A model generated the notes under the pieces. It did not search any database. It was given only the letters and a program-made list of their open reading frames with translations, and was not told where the DNA came from. This document shows, one piece after another, positions 1 to 10,700 of a DNA stretch of 64,000 bases. The translations under genes and the position numbers were made by a program. Within the stretch, counting starts at the first letter, position 1, and every line of letters starts with the position of its first letter. Origin of the DNA: an uncultured cyanobacterium (GTDB taxonomy: Bacteria; Cyanobacteriota; Cyanobacteriia; Cyanobacteriales; Nostocaceae); NCBI GenBank assembly GCA_963706595.1, contig OY970166.1, positions 1,504,001 through 1,568,000 of the forward strand, in the 5' to 3' direction.

Positions 1-324
1 GGTTTCAAAGATTTCAAATACTGTATCCATCATTGTCACTTCAAACACAAGTTTTGCTTCTGGATGTACATTACAGATGCGGAAACTGCCGTTGACTTTA
101 TCAGCATCACGCATCCCCGCCACCAAAGACGTGAGACCAGAACTATCAATAAAATTTACCTGACCAAGATTGACCACAACATGGTGACTGAGTTTGGAAA
201 TACATTCCTGTAACTTCAAACGAAACTGCCAAGCTGTGGTGATGTCTAAGCGTCCGGCTGGTGTTAAGACAATAACGGTATTGTCGTCTTGGGTTGTATA
301 AGTGGTTTGTTCTATTTGAATCAC
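1..324 (-). CDS. STAS-domain anti-sigma factor antagonist (3' end runs off the window)
   Basis: Manual translation from GTG at 324 (GGAGG RBS just upstream): MIQIEQTTYTTQDDNTVIVLTPAGRLDITTAWQFR...VNFIDSSGLTSLV...; FIDSSGL is the STAS phosphoacceptor motif. Not in the ORF track because it is truncated. Confidence 0.9.
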   Translation of the reverse strand, partial: MIQIEQTTYTTQDDNTVIVLTPAGRLDITTAWQFRLKLQECISKLSHHVVVNLGQVNFIDSSGLTSLVAGMRDADKVNGSFRICNVHPEAKLVFEVTMMDTVFEIFET

Positions 325-654
325 TAAGCCTCCCTGTGGCACTAATCTAAATTTAGTTTGGGATTGGTGAGCCAAAAAAATTTGTTTTGAGAATTTTTAC
401 TTTCACATCACGAGAAAAATTTCCAGTGAAGTAAGTTAATTGACTCACCAGCCACAAAATTATCCATTCCTGTGACTTGAATTAACAAGATCCAGGTGAT
501 ACCTACTACACTTTTTGCAAGCAATAGAGTGTAGGTTTCTCAGTGACTCCTGCGATTCGCATCGGACATTTCCTGAGTTTTAGCTTTACATCCCCGTCAT
601 GCCTCATCGGTGACATTTAGTAGTTTAACTCACCACAACACTGATGAGTAGCTT

Positions 655-1698
655 TTAAGCGCTGGGTGTCCAATTTACCCAATCTTGAGGTTTTAGAAAA
701 GTTTCATACAACTCGGCTTCTGGAGTATTGGGTTCTGGCTGATAACCGTATTCCCAACGCACCAAGGGGGGTAAAGACATCAAAATAGATTCTGTGCGTC
801 CGTTGGTTTGGAGTCCAAAAATTGTGCCTCGGTCATAAACCAAGTTAAATTCTACATACCGGCCGCGACGATACAGTTGGAAATTCCGTTCGCGATCGCC
901 ATATTCAGTCCCTCGTCGCCGTTCCACAATTGGCTTGTATGCAGGCACAAATGCTTTACCACAATCTTGCACCAAAGCAAATAAATCTTCCCAAGTGCGG
1001 CTGGCTGGTGCGCCCACTGCGTTACTATAAATAGCCGCATGGCCATTGGGGTCAGGACCACGATATAACAGACCCTGGCCATCTTGGTAATCCAAAAACA
1101 GACCACCGACACCTCTGTTTTCGTCCCGATGCTTCAGGAAAAAATATTCATCACACCAGCGCTTAAACACTGGGTAATACTCTGGGTGATGTTGGTCGCA
1201 AGCCTGCTTGAGTGTGTGGTGAAAATGCGCGGCATCTTCAGCAAAGGGGTAATAAGGTGTTAAATCAGCACCGCCACCAAACCACCACACTGGACCAGCT
1301 TCAAAATAGCGATAATTCAGGTGAACTGTAGGCACATAAGGATTTTTTGGGTGTAACACCAGAGAAGTCCCCGTAGCATAAAACCCATGTCCTGCCGCTT
1401 CTGGACGTTGGGCTAAGATCGAGGGGGGTAACTGAGAACCCCAAACTTCAGAAAAATTTACACCAGCTTGTTCAAATACTGCCCCATCACGCAGCACACG
1501 CGATCGCCCGCCACCTCCTTCTGGACGTTCCCAACTGTCTTCGTGAAACTTACCGACACCATCCAGTTCTGCCAGTTGTTCCGTAATTTCATCTTGTAGC
1601 TGTTTCATAAACTGACTGACTCTAGCTTGAGAGTCAGTTCCAGGTAAAAACTTGGATGGTGTTGCTTCTACAGTTGGCGTTTGCGAGTTAGTCAACAT
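655..1698 (-). CDS. hemF: Oxygen-dependent coproporphyrinogen III oxidase
   Basis: Motifs [50 protein letters not shown]. Confidence 0.97.
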   Translation of the reverse strand: MLTNSQTPTVEATPSKFLPGTDSQARVSQFMKQLQDEITEQLAELDGVGKFHEDSWERPEGGGGRSRVLRDGAVFEQAGVNFSEVWGSQLPPSILAQRPEAAGHGFYATGTSLVLHPKNPYVPTVHLNYRYFEAGPVWWFGGGADLTPYYPFAEDAAHFHHTLKQACDQHHPEYYPVFKRWCDEYFFLKHRDENRGVGGLFLDYQDGQGLLYRGPDPNGHAAIYSNAVGAPASRTWEDLFALVQDCGKAFVPAYKPIVERRRGTEYGDRERNFQLYRRGRYVEFNLVYDRGTIFGLQTNGRTESILMSLPPLVRWEYGYQPEPNTPEAELYETFLKPQDWVNWTPSA

Positions 1699-2057
1699 AG
1701 ATTCCCGAACCTAAATTACAATTTTCAAAAAGCCACAAATTAATTAATTTAAACATTTGTGGGTAATACAAGCGAATAATCAGGCTGAATTGCCTAATTT
1801 ACTTTTTTCTTACTTGTGAGCATTTGTGCCATTGATGGGTATGACTAAAGTTATTTTCCCTCAAATGCGTATAGGCTTGTATATTGACCGAGTTTTGTTT
1901 GTACTTCTTGATATAAACATTCTGGTATCAATACCAAACTCTGGTTAATTAGTCTAGTAAGCGGTCTCTACCTTGAGGCCTAGGTCAGGTCTTGTGATCC
2001 AGGGTTACTCACCATACCAGAGTGATCAGCAAGTGCATAGCGAGGAGGATTAGGCAG

Positions 2058-2564
2058 ATGCGAAGTTGGTTATCCAAATTCATCCACCGCAAACATCGTC
2101 GGTTTTGCGCTTCTCTGGTCAAGACCTATCGAGAAATTAGTTCTGCTTCTGTAGATCAAATGTGGCTGAAGGTAGTTGACTTAACAGACGTTTCCTGGCA
2201 TCCACTGCTCAAAAGTACCAACGTTCCCTACGGATTAGTACCCAAACCCGGATTAATTTACCAAGCAGTCACACGCTTTTCGCCCATTCCCATCCGGATT
2301 TTCGTAGAGCGTGTTAAACCTAACGAAATGTTAAGTATCCGAGTCATGGCCATTCCTGGAATCGAAGAACGGGTGACTTACCGAGTCGAGTCCACAGTGT
2401 GCGGCACTTGTTTATCTTATTCAGTAACCCTCCGGGGTTGGTTATCGCCCCTGATTTGGTCATTATCCCGCCCTTATGCAGATCGCGTGGCCCGTTCCTT
2501 AGTAGAGTATGTAGAAAACACCGCATTGCAAACCTTGTCAGTCCAGAAAAATTCACTGTTTTAG
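2058..2564 (+). CDS. SRPBCC/polyketide cyclase-like protein, conserved cyanobacterial type
   Basis: ATG at 2058 preceded by GAGGAGG; SRPBCC-like pattern (W..V.D...VSWHP, C-terminal helix). Confidence 0.65.
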   Translation: MRSWLSKFIHRKHRRFCASLVKTYREISSASVDQMWLKVVDLTDVSWHPLLKSTNVPYGLVPKPGLIYQAVTRFSPIPIRIFVERVKPNEMLSIRVMAIPGIEERVTYRVESTVCGTCLSYSVTLRGWLSPLIWSLSRPYADRVARSLVEYVENTALQTLSVQKNSLF

Positions 2565-2705
2565 GGAGTGGGGAGTGGGGAGTGGGGAGTGGGGAGTGGG
2601 GAGTGGGGGAAAGAGGCAGGGGGGCAGGGGGCAGGGTGCAGGGGGGAGAAGAGGCTAACTTCCCAATGACCAATGACCAATGACTAATGACTAATGACTA
2701 ATGAC
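2564..2705. repeat. STRR-type heptamer tandem repeats: (GGGAGTG)n then (AATGACC/T)n
   Basis: Directly visible tandem heptamers at about 2564-2608 and 2663-2705; typical of heterocystous cyanobacteria. Confidence 0.95.
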
Positions 2706-2784
2706 GTTCCAAAGAAAGTTAAGATTTGAGGAGATGATAATAAAATTTTCTTAAATTTGTTACGGCAGTAACAGTGAAAACAGT

Positions 2785-3855
2785 ATGTACGATGTTCTCG
2801 ATTCCGGCTCTGTCTTAGATGTTTTGCGACCAGTAGAAGACCCAGAACTCCGCAAGAGTTTGGTGGAACTGAATATGATTCGCAATGTCAAAATTGACGC
2901 TGGCAAGGTTAGCTTCACTTTGGTATTGACTACACCCGCCTGTCCCTTACGGGAATTTATTGTTGAAGATTGTAAAAAAGCTGTTAACAAGCTACCTGGC
3001 GTTACAGAGGTAAAGGTAGATGTAACCGCAGAAACACCCCAACAAAAAAGTTTGCCTGACCGGACTGGGATTACTGGGGTAAAAAATATTTTCGCTGTTT
3101 CCAGTGGTAAAGGCGGTGTAGGGAAAAGCACTGTAGCGGTGAATGTGGCTGTGGCTTTAGCCCAAACCGGGGCTAAGGTGGGTTTACTGGATGCCGATAT
3201 TTACGGTCCTAACGACCCGACTATGCTGGGGCTAGCTGATGCGGAAATTGTGGTGCGTTCCACAGATAAAGGTGACATTCTTGAACCTGCTTTTAATCAC
3301 GGTGTCAAATTAGTGTCAATGGGCTTTTTGATTGACCGAGATCAGCCAGTGGTTTGGCGGGGACCCATGCTGAATGGGGTAATTCGGCAGTTTCTCTATC
3401 AAGTGGAATGGGGCGAACTGGACTATTTAATCGTGGATATGCCACCGGGAACTGGTGATGCTCAATTAACTTTAACTCAATCAGTACCGATGTCAGGGGC
3501 AGTCATTGTGACTACACCGCAAAATGTCGCCCTGTTAGATTCACGTAAAGGTTTGCGGATGTTCCAGCAAATGAATGTGCCTGTTTTGGGAATAGTAGAA
3601 AATATGAGCTACTTTATTCCGCCGGATATGCCAGATAAGCAGTATGACATCTTTGGTTCTGGTGGTGGTTCCAAAACAGCCGCTGAGTTGGGAGTGCCTT
3701 TATTGGGGTGTATTCCTTTAGAGATTTCCACCAGAGTAGGCGGTGATAACGGTGTGCCGATAGTTGTTGCTGATCCTGATTCAGCTTCAGCCAAAGCATT
3801 AAAGGCGATCGCGCTGAATATTGCAGGTAAAATATCAGTTGCGGCTCTGACATAA
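2785..3855 (+). CDS. mrp: Mrp/NBP35 family Fe-S cluster carrier ATPase (ApbC-like) with N-terminal DUF59-like domain
   Basis: SSGKGGVGKST deviant Walker A, LLDADIYGP, WRGPM, DMPPGTGD, VENMS. Confidence 0.95.
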   Translation: MYDVLDSGSVLDVLRPVEDPELRKSLVELNMIRNVKIDAGKVSFTLVLTTPACPLREFIVEDCKKAVNKLPGVTEVKVDVTAETPQQKSLPDRTGITGVKNIFAVSSGKGGVGKSTVAVNVAVALAQTGAKVGLLDADIYGPNDPTMLGLADAEIVVRSTDKGDILEPAFNHGVKLVSMGFLIDRDQPVVWRGPMLNGVIRQFLYQVEWGELDYLIVDMPPGTGDAQLTLTQSVPMSGAVIVTTPQNVALLDSRKGLRMFQQMNVPVLGIVENMSYFIPPDMPDKQYDIFGSGGGSKTAAELGVPLLGCIPLEISTRVGGDNGVPIVVADPDSASAKALKAIALNIAGKISVAALT

Positions 3856-3944
3856 TCAATTGGGAGTTTTTGTCTGATTCCTGGGTCATAGCCTGGGAAT
3901 ACAGATCAAGAATGGGCAATCAAATTCAAGTTTAAAATCACACA

Positions 3945-5258
3945 ATGTTGTTAAACCGTTCGCGCCCCAAAAATGGCTGGAAATATTGGGTTAAGCCCTG
4001 GCAACAAGTAGATTGGCTACTATTTTCCCTGGTAATTAGTACCAGTATGTTTGGTGGTCTGATGATTCTGAGTACGGAACTCAGGCAACCAGTGGCTGAC
4101 TGGTGGTGGCATTGGGGAGTGGCTGGAATCGGCGTTTTGATCGCCTTATTTTTAGCTCGTACCCGGTATGAAAATCTGATTCAGTGGCATTGGGTAACAT
4201 ACGCCCTCACCAACATCAGTCTGATTGCCGTGATGATTATTGGCACTACCGCCAATGGGGCGCAGCGATGGATTACTATTGGTAGTTTCAACGTGCAGCC
4301 TTCGGAATTTGCTAAAATTGGGATAATTATCACCTTAGCGGCTGTATTACACAAACGCACAGCTTCTACTCTCGAAAGTGTATTCCGCGCTTTAGGAATC
4401 ACGGCTATTCCTTGGGCATTAGTATTTTTACAGCCAGATTTGGCAACATCCTTAGTATTTGGGGCTATCGTCTTAGGAATGTTGTATTGGGCAAATGCTC
4501 ATCCTGGCTGGTTGATACTGATGATTTCGCCAATCATTTCTGCCATTCTTTTTAGTATCAGTTGGCCTTTGTCAGCGCCGATAGTTTCATTTCATCAAAT
4601 ATCTTTCGGACTTTTAGGATTAGTTTGGGTAATCGCTATGGGCATTTTGGGTTGGCAAACTCTCCCCTGGCGTAGATTTGGCCTGAATGGTATTGGTGCA
4701 TCAGCCCTCAACTTCTTAGGTGGTGAATTAGGAGTTTTTGCCTGGAACCATATATTGAGAGACTATCAAAAAGACCGCCTGACTGTATTTCTCAAGCCTG
4801 GATACGACATTCTCGGCGTTGGATATCACCAACACCAATCTCGCATTGCTATAGGTGCTGGTGAAGTTTGGGGATGGGGTTTGTTCAAAGGACCAATGAC
4901 GCAATTAAATTTCGTCCCCGAACAACATACAGACTTTATTTTCTCCGCCGTGGGTGAAGAATTTGGTTTTGTGGGTTGTTTAGTACTGCTGTTTATCTTC
5001 TGCTTGATTTGCTTTCGCCTATTGCGTATCGCTGAAACTGCTAAAGATAACTTTGGCTCATTGTTAGCTATTGGTGTTTTATCAATGATTGTGTTTCAGC
5101 TAATTGTGAACGTGGGTATGACCGTTGGTTTAGCACCTGTAGCGGGAATTCCCCTACCTTGGATGAGTTACGGACGTTCAGCGATGCTGACTAATTTCAT
5201 TGCTTTAGGCTTAGTAGAATCAGTAGCAAACTTTCGCCAAAGACAAAAGTATTATTGA
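3945..5258 (+). CDS. rodA: Rod shape-determining SEDS protein RodA
   Basis: GAQRW, QPSEFAK, LQPDL, PEQHTDFIF, GIPLPWMSYG; polytopic membrane protein. Confidence 0.93.
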   Translation: MLLNRSRPKNGWKYWVKPWQQVDWLLFSLVISTSMFGGLMILSTELRQPVADWWWHWGVAGIGVLIALFLARTRYENLIQWHWVTYALTNISLIAVMIIGTTANGAQRWITIGSFNVQPSEFAKIGIIITLAAVLHKRTASTLESVFRALGITAIPWALVFLQPDLATSLVFGAIVLGMLYWANAHPGWLILMISPIISAILFSISWPLSAPIVSFHQISFGLLGLVWVIAMGILGWQTLPWRRFGLNGIGASALNFLGGELGVFAWNHILRDYQKDRLTVFLKPGYDILGVGYHQHQSRIAIGAGEVWGWGLFKGPMTQLNFVPEQHTDFIFSAVGEEFGFVGCLVLLFIFCLICFRLLRIAETAKDNFGSLLAIGVLSMIVFQLIVNVGMTVGLAPVAGIPLPWMSYGRSAMLTNFIALGLVESVANFRQRQKYY

Positions 5259-5269
5259 TTTTATATGTG

Positions 5270-5291
5270 GGGTGGGCATCTTGCCCGCCCT
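5270..5291. terminator. GC-rich hairpin between convergent rodA and mscS-like gene
   Basis: GGGTGGGCA-TCT-TGCCCGCCC inverted repeat. Confidence 0.6.
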
Positions 5292-5306
5292 TATGTACGA
5301 TTGATA

Positions 5307-6353
5307 TTAATTTAAATCAAGCTTTGAACTTTCGGTTTCATTATTCTGCACATAAACATCTCTGACAGGAAAAGGAATTTGGATGCCTTCTTGTTGATAG
5401 CGTTTATGCAATTTCTTAATAAATAAATGCCTAGCAATTTGCTGGTCAAAATATTCATTTACTCGCATATATAATTTAAAATCTATACTAGAATCATTAA
5501 AAGTATGAAATCTAATATTAGGTTCAATATCCATTAAATCTGGGGCAATTTCTTGCATGACATCTTTGGCTACTTCTACAGTCACTCTTTCGACTTGTTC
5601 CAAATCACTATCGTAACCGACACCCACATCCATTGTTAGAGTAATCACCTTAGCTGGGAGATGATAGTTAGTAAAAATCGCCGATCCTAGCCGAGAATTA
5701 GGTACAATGATGATATTGTTTTTAAGTTCTTTAATAGTTGTATTTCGCCAAGTAATATCTGTAACGTATCCTTCATATCCATCATCTAATTTGATATAAT
5801 CGCCTGTTCGGACTTGCTGAGAAACAATTAGATAAAAACCAGAAAATAAATTTGTTAGTGTATCTTGCAGCGCCAAACCAACGGCTAAACCACCAACGCC
5901 TAAAGTTGTGACTATAGGGGTAACTTGTATACCTACAGTTTGTAAAAGGGCAAGTGTTCCTAAGATTAAAACAGCAATCTTTGCTAAGTTAGAAATTAAT
6001 GATGCGGGTACTCCTGCGGTTCTCTGAATGAATAAATTTACAAACCCAGCCGTCAATCTAGCCAAGACTAAAGTAACTGAGTAGAGAAATATGGCTGTAA
6101 TGGTTTTTTGCAGAAGACTTTTCAGATCATCAGTGATATTTATAGCAGAATAAACAATTGCACCGGAAAAACCTGCTAGCAAAAACCACAGAAAGGTCAT
6201 GCGGTGTAAGGCTTGAAATATTATTTCACTACCTGGGATATCTTTTTCAACAACAAATTTTCTCAGTTTTCTGAAGATAACTTTTTCCCCAATTACCCCA
6301 GATAGCAAGCCAATTAGAATAAATGCTATTGGTACAATCCATTGCTGTATCAT
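5307..6353 (-). CDS. Small-conductance mechanosensitive channel (MscS family)
   Basis: LGVGGLAVGLALQDTLTNLFSG, GDYI, IVPNS, IPFP; likely start MIQQW at 6353. Confidence 0.92.
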   Translation of the reverse strand: MIQQWIVPIAFILIGLLSGVIGEKVIFRKLRKFVVEKDIPGSEIIFQALHRMTFLWFLLAGFSGAIVYSAINITDDLKSLLQKTITAIFLYSVTLVLARLTAGFVNLFIQRTAGVPASLISNLAKIAVLILGTLALLQTVGIQVTPIVTTLGVGGLAVGLALQDTLTNLFSGFYLIVSQQVRTGDYIKLDDGYEGYVTDITWRNTTIKELKNNIIIVPNSRLGSAIFTNYHLPAKVITLTMDVGVGYDSDLEQVERVTVEVAKDVMQEIAPDLMDIEPNIRFHTFNDSSIDFKLYMRVNEYFDQQIARHLFIKKLHKRYQQEGIQIPFPVRDVYVQNNETESSKLDLN

Positions 6354-6522
6354 TAATTTTCGAGTTGAGATTTTGACTGAAAAATTTAAGGCATTTATTT
6401 TAGTGATGCCATTATTGCTAGATTTTACCTTGTTTACCCCACTTTTTCCCATCAACTGGTAATTTTGAGGTAGTTGATTAATAAGTATATTTGGAATCAG
6501 CTTATGGTTGATAATAGATATT

Positions 6523-7440
6523 ATGGAATTGCCAATTATTTACCATCCAGATTATATTGCACCATTGCCGGCTGGGCATCGCTTCCCCATGTCCAAGTTC
6601 GGACAACTCTATGAATTGCTTTTAGCTGAGGGTGTGGCGCAAATTGAACAATTTCACACACCAAAACGCCCACTTTCGGAGTTAATCGAGTTGGTACATA
6701 CTCCAGAGTATGTGAAGGCTTACTGTGAGGGAACTTTAGAACCTAAAGTACAGCGTCGAATTGGCTTACCTTGGAGTCCAGCCTTGGTAAATCGTACCTG
6801 TGTAGCGGTTGGTGGTACAATACTGACGGCTCAGATGGCACTCAGTCAAGGTTTAGCTTGTAATACGGCTGGTGGTACTCATCATGCTTTTCCTAGTTAT
6901 GGTTCTGGTTTTTGTATTTTCAACGATTTAGCGATCGCTTGTCGAGTTTTACAAAAATTGGGGCTTATACAGAAGGTTCTGATTGTTGATTTGGATGTGC
7001 ATCAAGGGGATGGTACGGCTTTCATTTTCCAGGGGGATGAGAGTGTGTTTACTTTTTCGATGCACTGTGAGGTGAATTTTCCCGGTACTAAACAAGTTAG
7101 TGATTTGGATGTTCCCCTAACTGTGGGTATGGAGGATGATGCTTATTTGCAAACTTTGGCGAATTATTTACCAGATTTGTTAACTGCTATTCAGCCTGAT
7201 TTAGTATTATACGATGCTGGGGTAGATCCTCATATAGGCGATCGCTTGGGAAAGTTGGCTTTGAGTGATACGGGGATTTTTCGCCGGGAAATGCAGGTTT
7301 TAAGTACCTGTGTGGCTGCTGGCTACCCTGTGGCTTGTGTGATTGGTGGGGGGTACGCTGATGATATGAAGTCTCTGGTTTGGCGACATTCTTTGCTGCA
7401 TCGGGCGGCTAATCAGGTTTATCATCAATATAGATTATGA
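6523..7440 (+). CDS. Histone deacetylase family (AcuC/HDAC-like) protein
   Basis: GHRFPM, GGTHHA, GFCIFND, DLDVHQGDGT, GGGY. Confidence 0.93.
   Translation: MELPIIYHPDYIAPLPAGHRFPMSKFGQLYELLLAEGVAQIEQFHTPKRPLSELIELVHTPEYVKAYCEGTLEPKVQRRIGLPWSPALVNRTCVAVGGTILTAQMALSQGLACNTAGGTHHAFPSYGSGFCIFNDLAIACRVLQKLGLIQKVLIVDLDVHQGDGTAFIFQGDESVFTFSMHCEVNFPGTKQVSDLDVPLTVGMEDDAYLQTLANYLPDLLTAIQPDLVLYDAGVDPHIGDRLGKLALSDTGIFRREMQVLSTCVAAGYPVACVIGGGYADDMKSLVWRHSLLHRAANQVYHQYRL
6931..6938. repeat. HIP1 octamer GCGATCGC (example; dispersed through the window)
   Basis: Many copies, e.g. 6931, 23047, 23176, 23193, 39106, 52216, 62819. Confidence 0.95.
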
Positions 7441-7745
7441 ATTAGTTTCACGCAAAGGCGCAAAGACGCAAAGGAAGAGGGAGGAAGAGATTTCGGCGCA
7501 GTTTTATTCTGTGGTTCTTTATTTGTTCTTTAATGGCTAAACTATATGAGTAACGAACCGCAAAGGACGCAAAGTACACAAAGAAAGAAGGAAAGAAGGA
7601 AGCAAGAATAAATTCAATGTGGTTTTATGATGAAATATTATATATCTTTATATATCTTTATCTGTGTTCATCTGCGTTTCCTTACTTCTTCCTCAACAGC
7701 TAAAGTTGATTATCTCACTCTATATCAGTAATTTTAAGAGTATTT

Positions 7746-10700
7746 ATGCCCACTTTTTCTAACAATCGTAATTTCCAAGACTGGAGCTATAAATGTGTTG
7801 GAGCAGTGGCGAAAAATGAGATAATAGATTTATTGGGTGATCATGTTTGTCTGTTTTATGTGCGTCGTCAAGGTGCGGGTAAACATCAAAATGAGGAAAT
7901 TTGGCAGTTAACAATTGCTACGGATAGAGATGATTTTCCTTTACCTGGAAAGCTGGAAACGCAAGGTAAGACTTTAGGGTTAATTGCTGCTATTCAAGAA
8001 GATGGGCGTGGTGGGTTAAAGGTTTTATCTACTCGTTTATTACAAGTTTCACGGGGAAACGCTGATGGTTATTCTGTTCCTTTTTCTTTGCGTCTCCTAC
8101 CTCATGATAAACATCGTTTAGGTATTCCGAAAGCTGCATTGGCACGTGTAGAAAAGATGCCAGTCTGTGGTGATCATATCCCGACTGAAGAACAATTGCA
8201 AGCTTGGAAGGCATTTTTGCAAGTTGAGGAAAATATCGCTAAGGCGCGTCAGTTTTGTGTGGCTTTTGTGGGGAATGATTATGGCAATAATACCAGACAA
8301 ATTACTTTTGAGGTAGATGTTAATTCGGCTACTCTTGATGGTTCTGAACAAAATTATTTAAATGTCTCTAGTTTCTGGGAACGGGTAAACCGTTCAAAGA
8401 ATCAAGAAGTGAAACTTTCGGAAACTGTTCCTACAGGAAAATTTACTCATAAAATTCCTAAGTTTGGTTCTATTGAAAAAGTTGACCCGAAAAATTGTTT
8501 AATTAAAGTGAAAGTAGAACGGGAATTAGCTGAATATATCGCTACACAACGTTATCAGCCACCCGTGAAAGGATATTTATTTTTTGATGCTGCGGGTGAT
8601 ATTCAACAAGTTCGCCGGAAGAAGGAAGCTTTAGAACAATTAAAGCACGGAAATACTCAAAATCCTTATTTGGGTAACTTTTTATTCGACGCTTCCCAAG
8701 CTAGACGGATGAAGAAAACTGTGGAACTTAAAGCGGATGATTTGTTATTATCTTCTGCTAATGCTGGACAAAAAGCCGCAGTGGAAAAGGTGTTAGGGTC
8801 TGAGGATTTAATTCTGATTCAAGGACCGCCGGGAACTGGTAAAACTACCGTAATTGCTGAAATTTGTTATCAAATAGCTTTGCGGGGTGGGCGTACTCTC
8901 ATCGCTTCTCAAGCTAATTTAGCTGTGGATAATGCTTTGAGTCGATTAGTTCACAACCCAGTTATTCGGGCTGTTCGCAAAGGACGCGCTGAGAGAGTTG
9001 GGGAAGAAGGACAGCCCTTTTTAGAAGACCAAGTTATTGAAACATGGTTGGAAAATACGGCGACTGACTGTGAAAGTAGTCTAGATAAACGTCTGGAAAA
9101 TGTGAGATTTTTGGGAGAATTGTTGGCAGCTTTCCCACAATTTACAGATTATTTTAACTTAGAATTAGAGTTAAATCAGCAACAAATTCAATTAAATCTA
9201 GAAAAGGAAACTTTAGCGGAAGACTGTAAAATTCAAGCAGCAAGTTTTGAGGAAGGTTTAACTCGGAGAAATCAAGTAGAATCAATTCAGTTAGGTTTAG
9301 ATTATCTCCTGAAAAATGCACCGCATATAAATTGGGAAGCGCCTGAAGTTCAAAATTGTTTACCCTATCTTCAGCCTTATACAGAAAATAACATTGTCGT
9401 CCAAGATTTTTTAACCAATGTTCGTCAAGCTATCAAGTGGACTGATGAACTGGGTTTAGTTCGTCCTACTTATGGTGCTTTTGGTTTAGCTGTTTGGTTG
9501 CGTGAAGGTGTAGCTGATAAAATTGCTGATTTTAACATAGCATTCGGTTACGCCCAAGATGCTATTTTAATAATGTCAGAAGTTGCAGAAGTGGTTTCGG
9601 CTATTCCCCAAAATTCTCAAAATCTGCATTCACCGGAAATCGATGAACAGGAATTTATCAGCACACGACAAATTTTACAACAAAAAATTCAAGGTTGGCA
9701 AAATCGTCAACGAGAAATTGACTATGTAATTGCAGCTATTAAGGAATGGAAGTCTACTGCACCTGTGGTATTATATCAAATAGTTAAGGAATCTCAGCTA
9801 TCGGGACAAACATTAACTGAAGATTTGCTACAATTGCCCTTGGGTTTGTTGATGTTTGCTAATCAATTAAAATTAACTATAGTCCCCAAAAAAATTCAGC
9901 TTAATTTACCAGATTTTCCAGCTTTACAAAAAGCCTTAACTTATGAGACTGAGGGCGGCTTTGCTGATAGAATCGGTAAACAATATCATTTTAGTTACTT
10001 TTTAGAGCAAAATTTTAGTCAAATTCCCATTGTGCTATCAGCGAGCGATCGCACTCAATGGCGTAAAATCTATGAAGAGTTCAAAAATTATCAACTCCTC
10101 AACCCAAATCAGCGCCAATTACTGGTAGAAAATACTCAGTTGTTTTTGCTGAGAATGCAAACAGTATATGGTAAAGCTTGGGAATTGAATAATCTCGACG
10201 CTATTGTGAAACAAGTTAGCGAAGACTTACTCGCGAATATCCTCGCAAATGCGCGTCAATGTATCGCACGAGTTAAGACTGAAACTGAACAGCAGCTTAA
10301 GTCTTTCCAGCAGCAATTAATTGAACTTGAGAAACAGAGAACGACTCAAGCACAAATATCTGCTACGTCTTCTCAAATCGAAGCAGCAAATATCAAGCTG
10401 GCACAGATGATCGAAATGTTGCAATTACTCAACCAGCAGCAAAATGTCCCGGATAAATTACGGGCTTTAGTTACAGAGTATCTGACAACGCAATCAAAAA
10501 TTTGGGAACATTCTTCAGAATTTGCAACTCAGGTCAAGGCTGGGGTATCTCATCTCAGCAATTTGGAAAGTTTAATTTCATCAATTGCACCTTTCCCAGT
10601 CTTAGAGAATATCAAAAATTCTTTAGATGAGCAAGTCACAATTATAGAACAAGAAAATACGCTTGCTCAAAAAGAACTCAAAAAAATTCAAGCCCAAATC

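Noticed and set aside
2344..2683. ORFs with PTPHSPL / GSGEWGV repeats
   Set aside because: Translations of STRR heptamer tracts.
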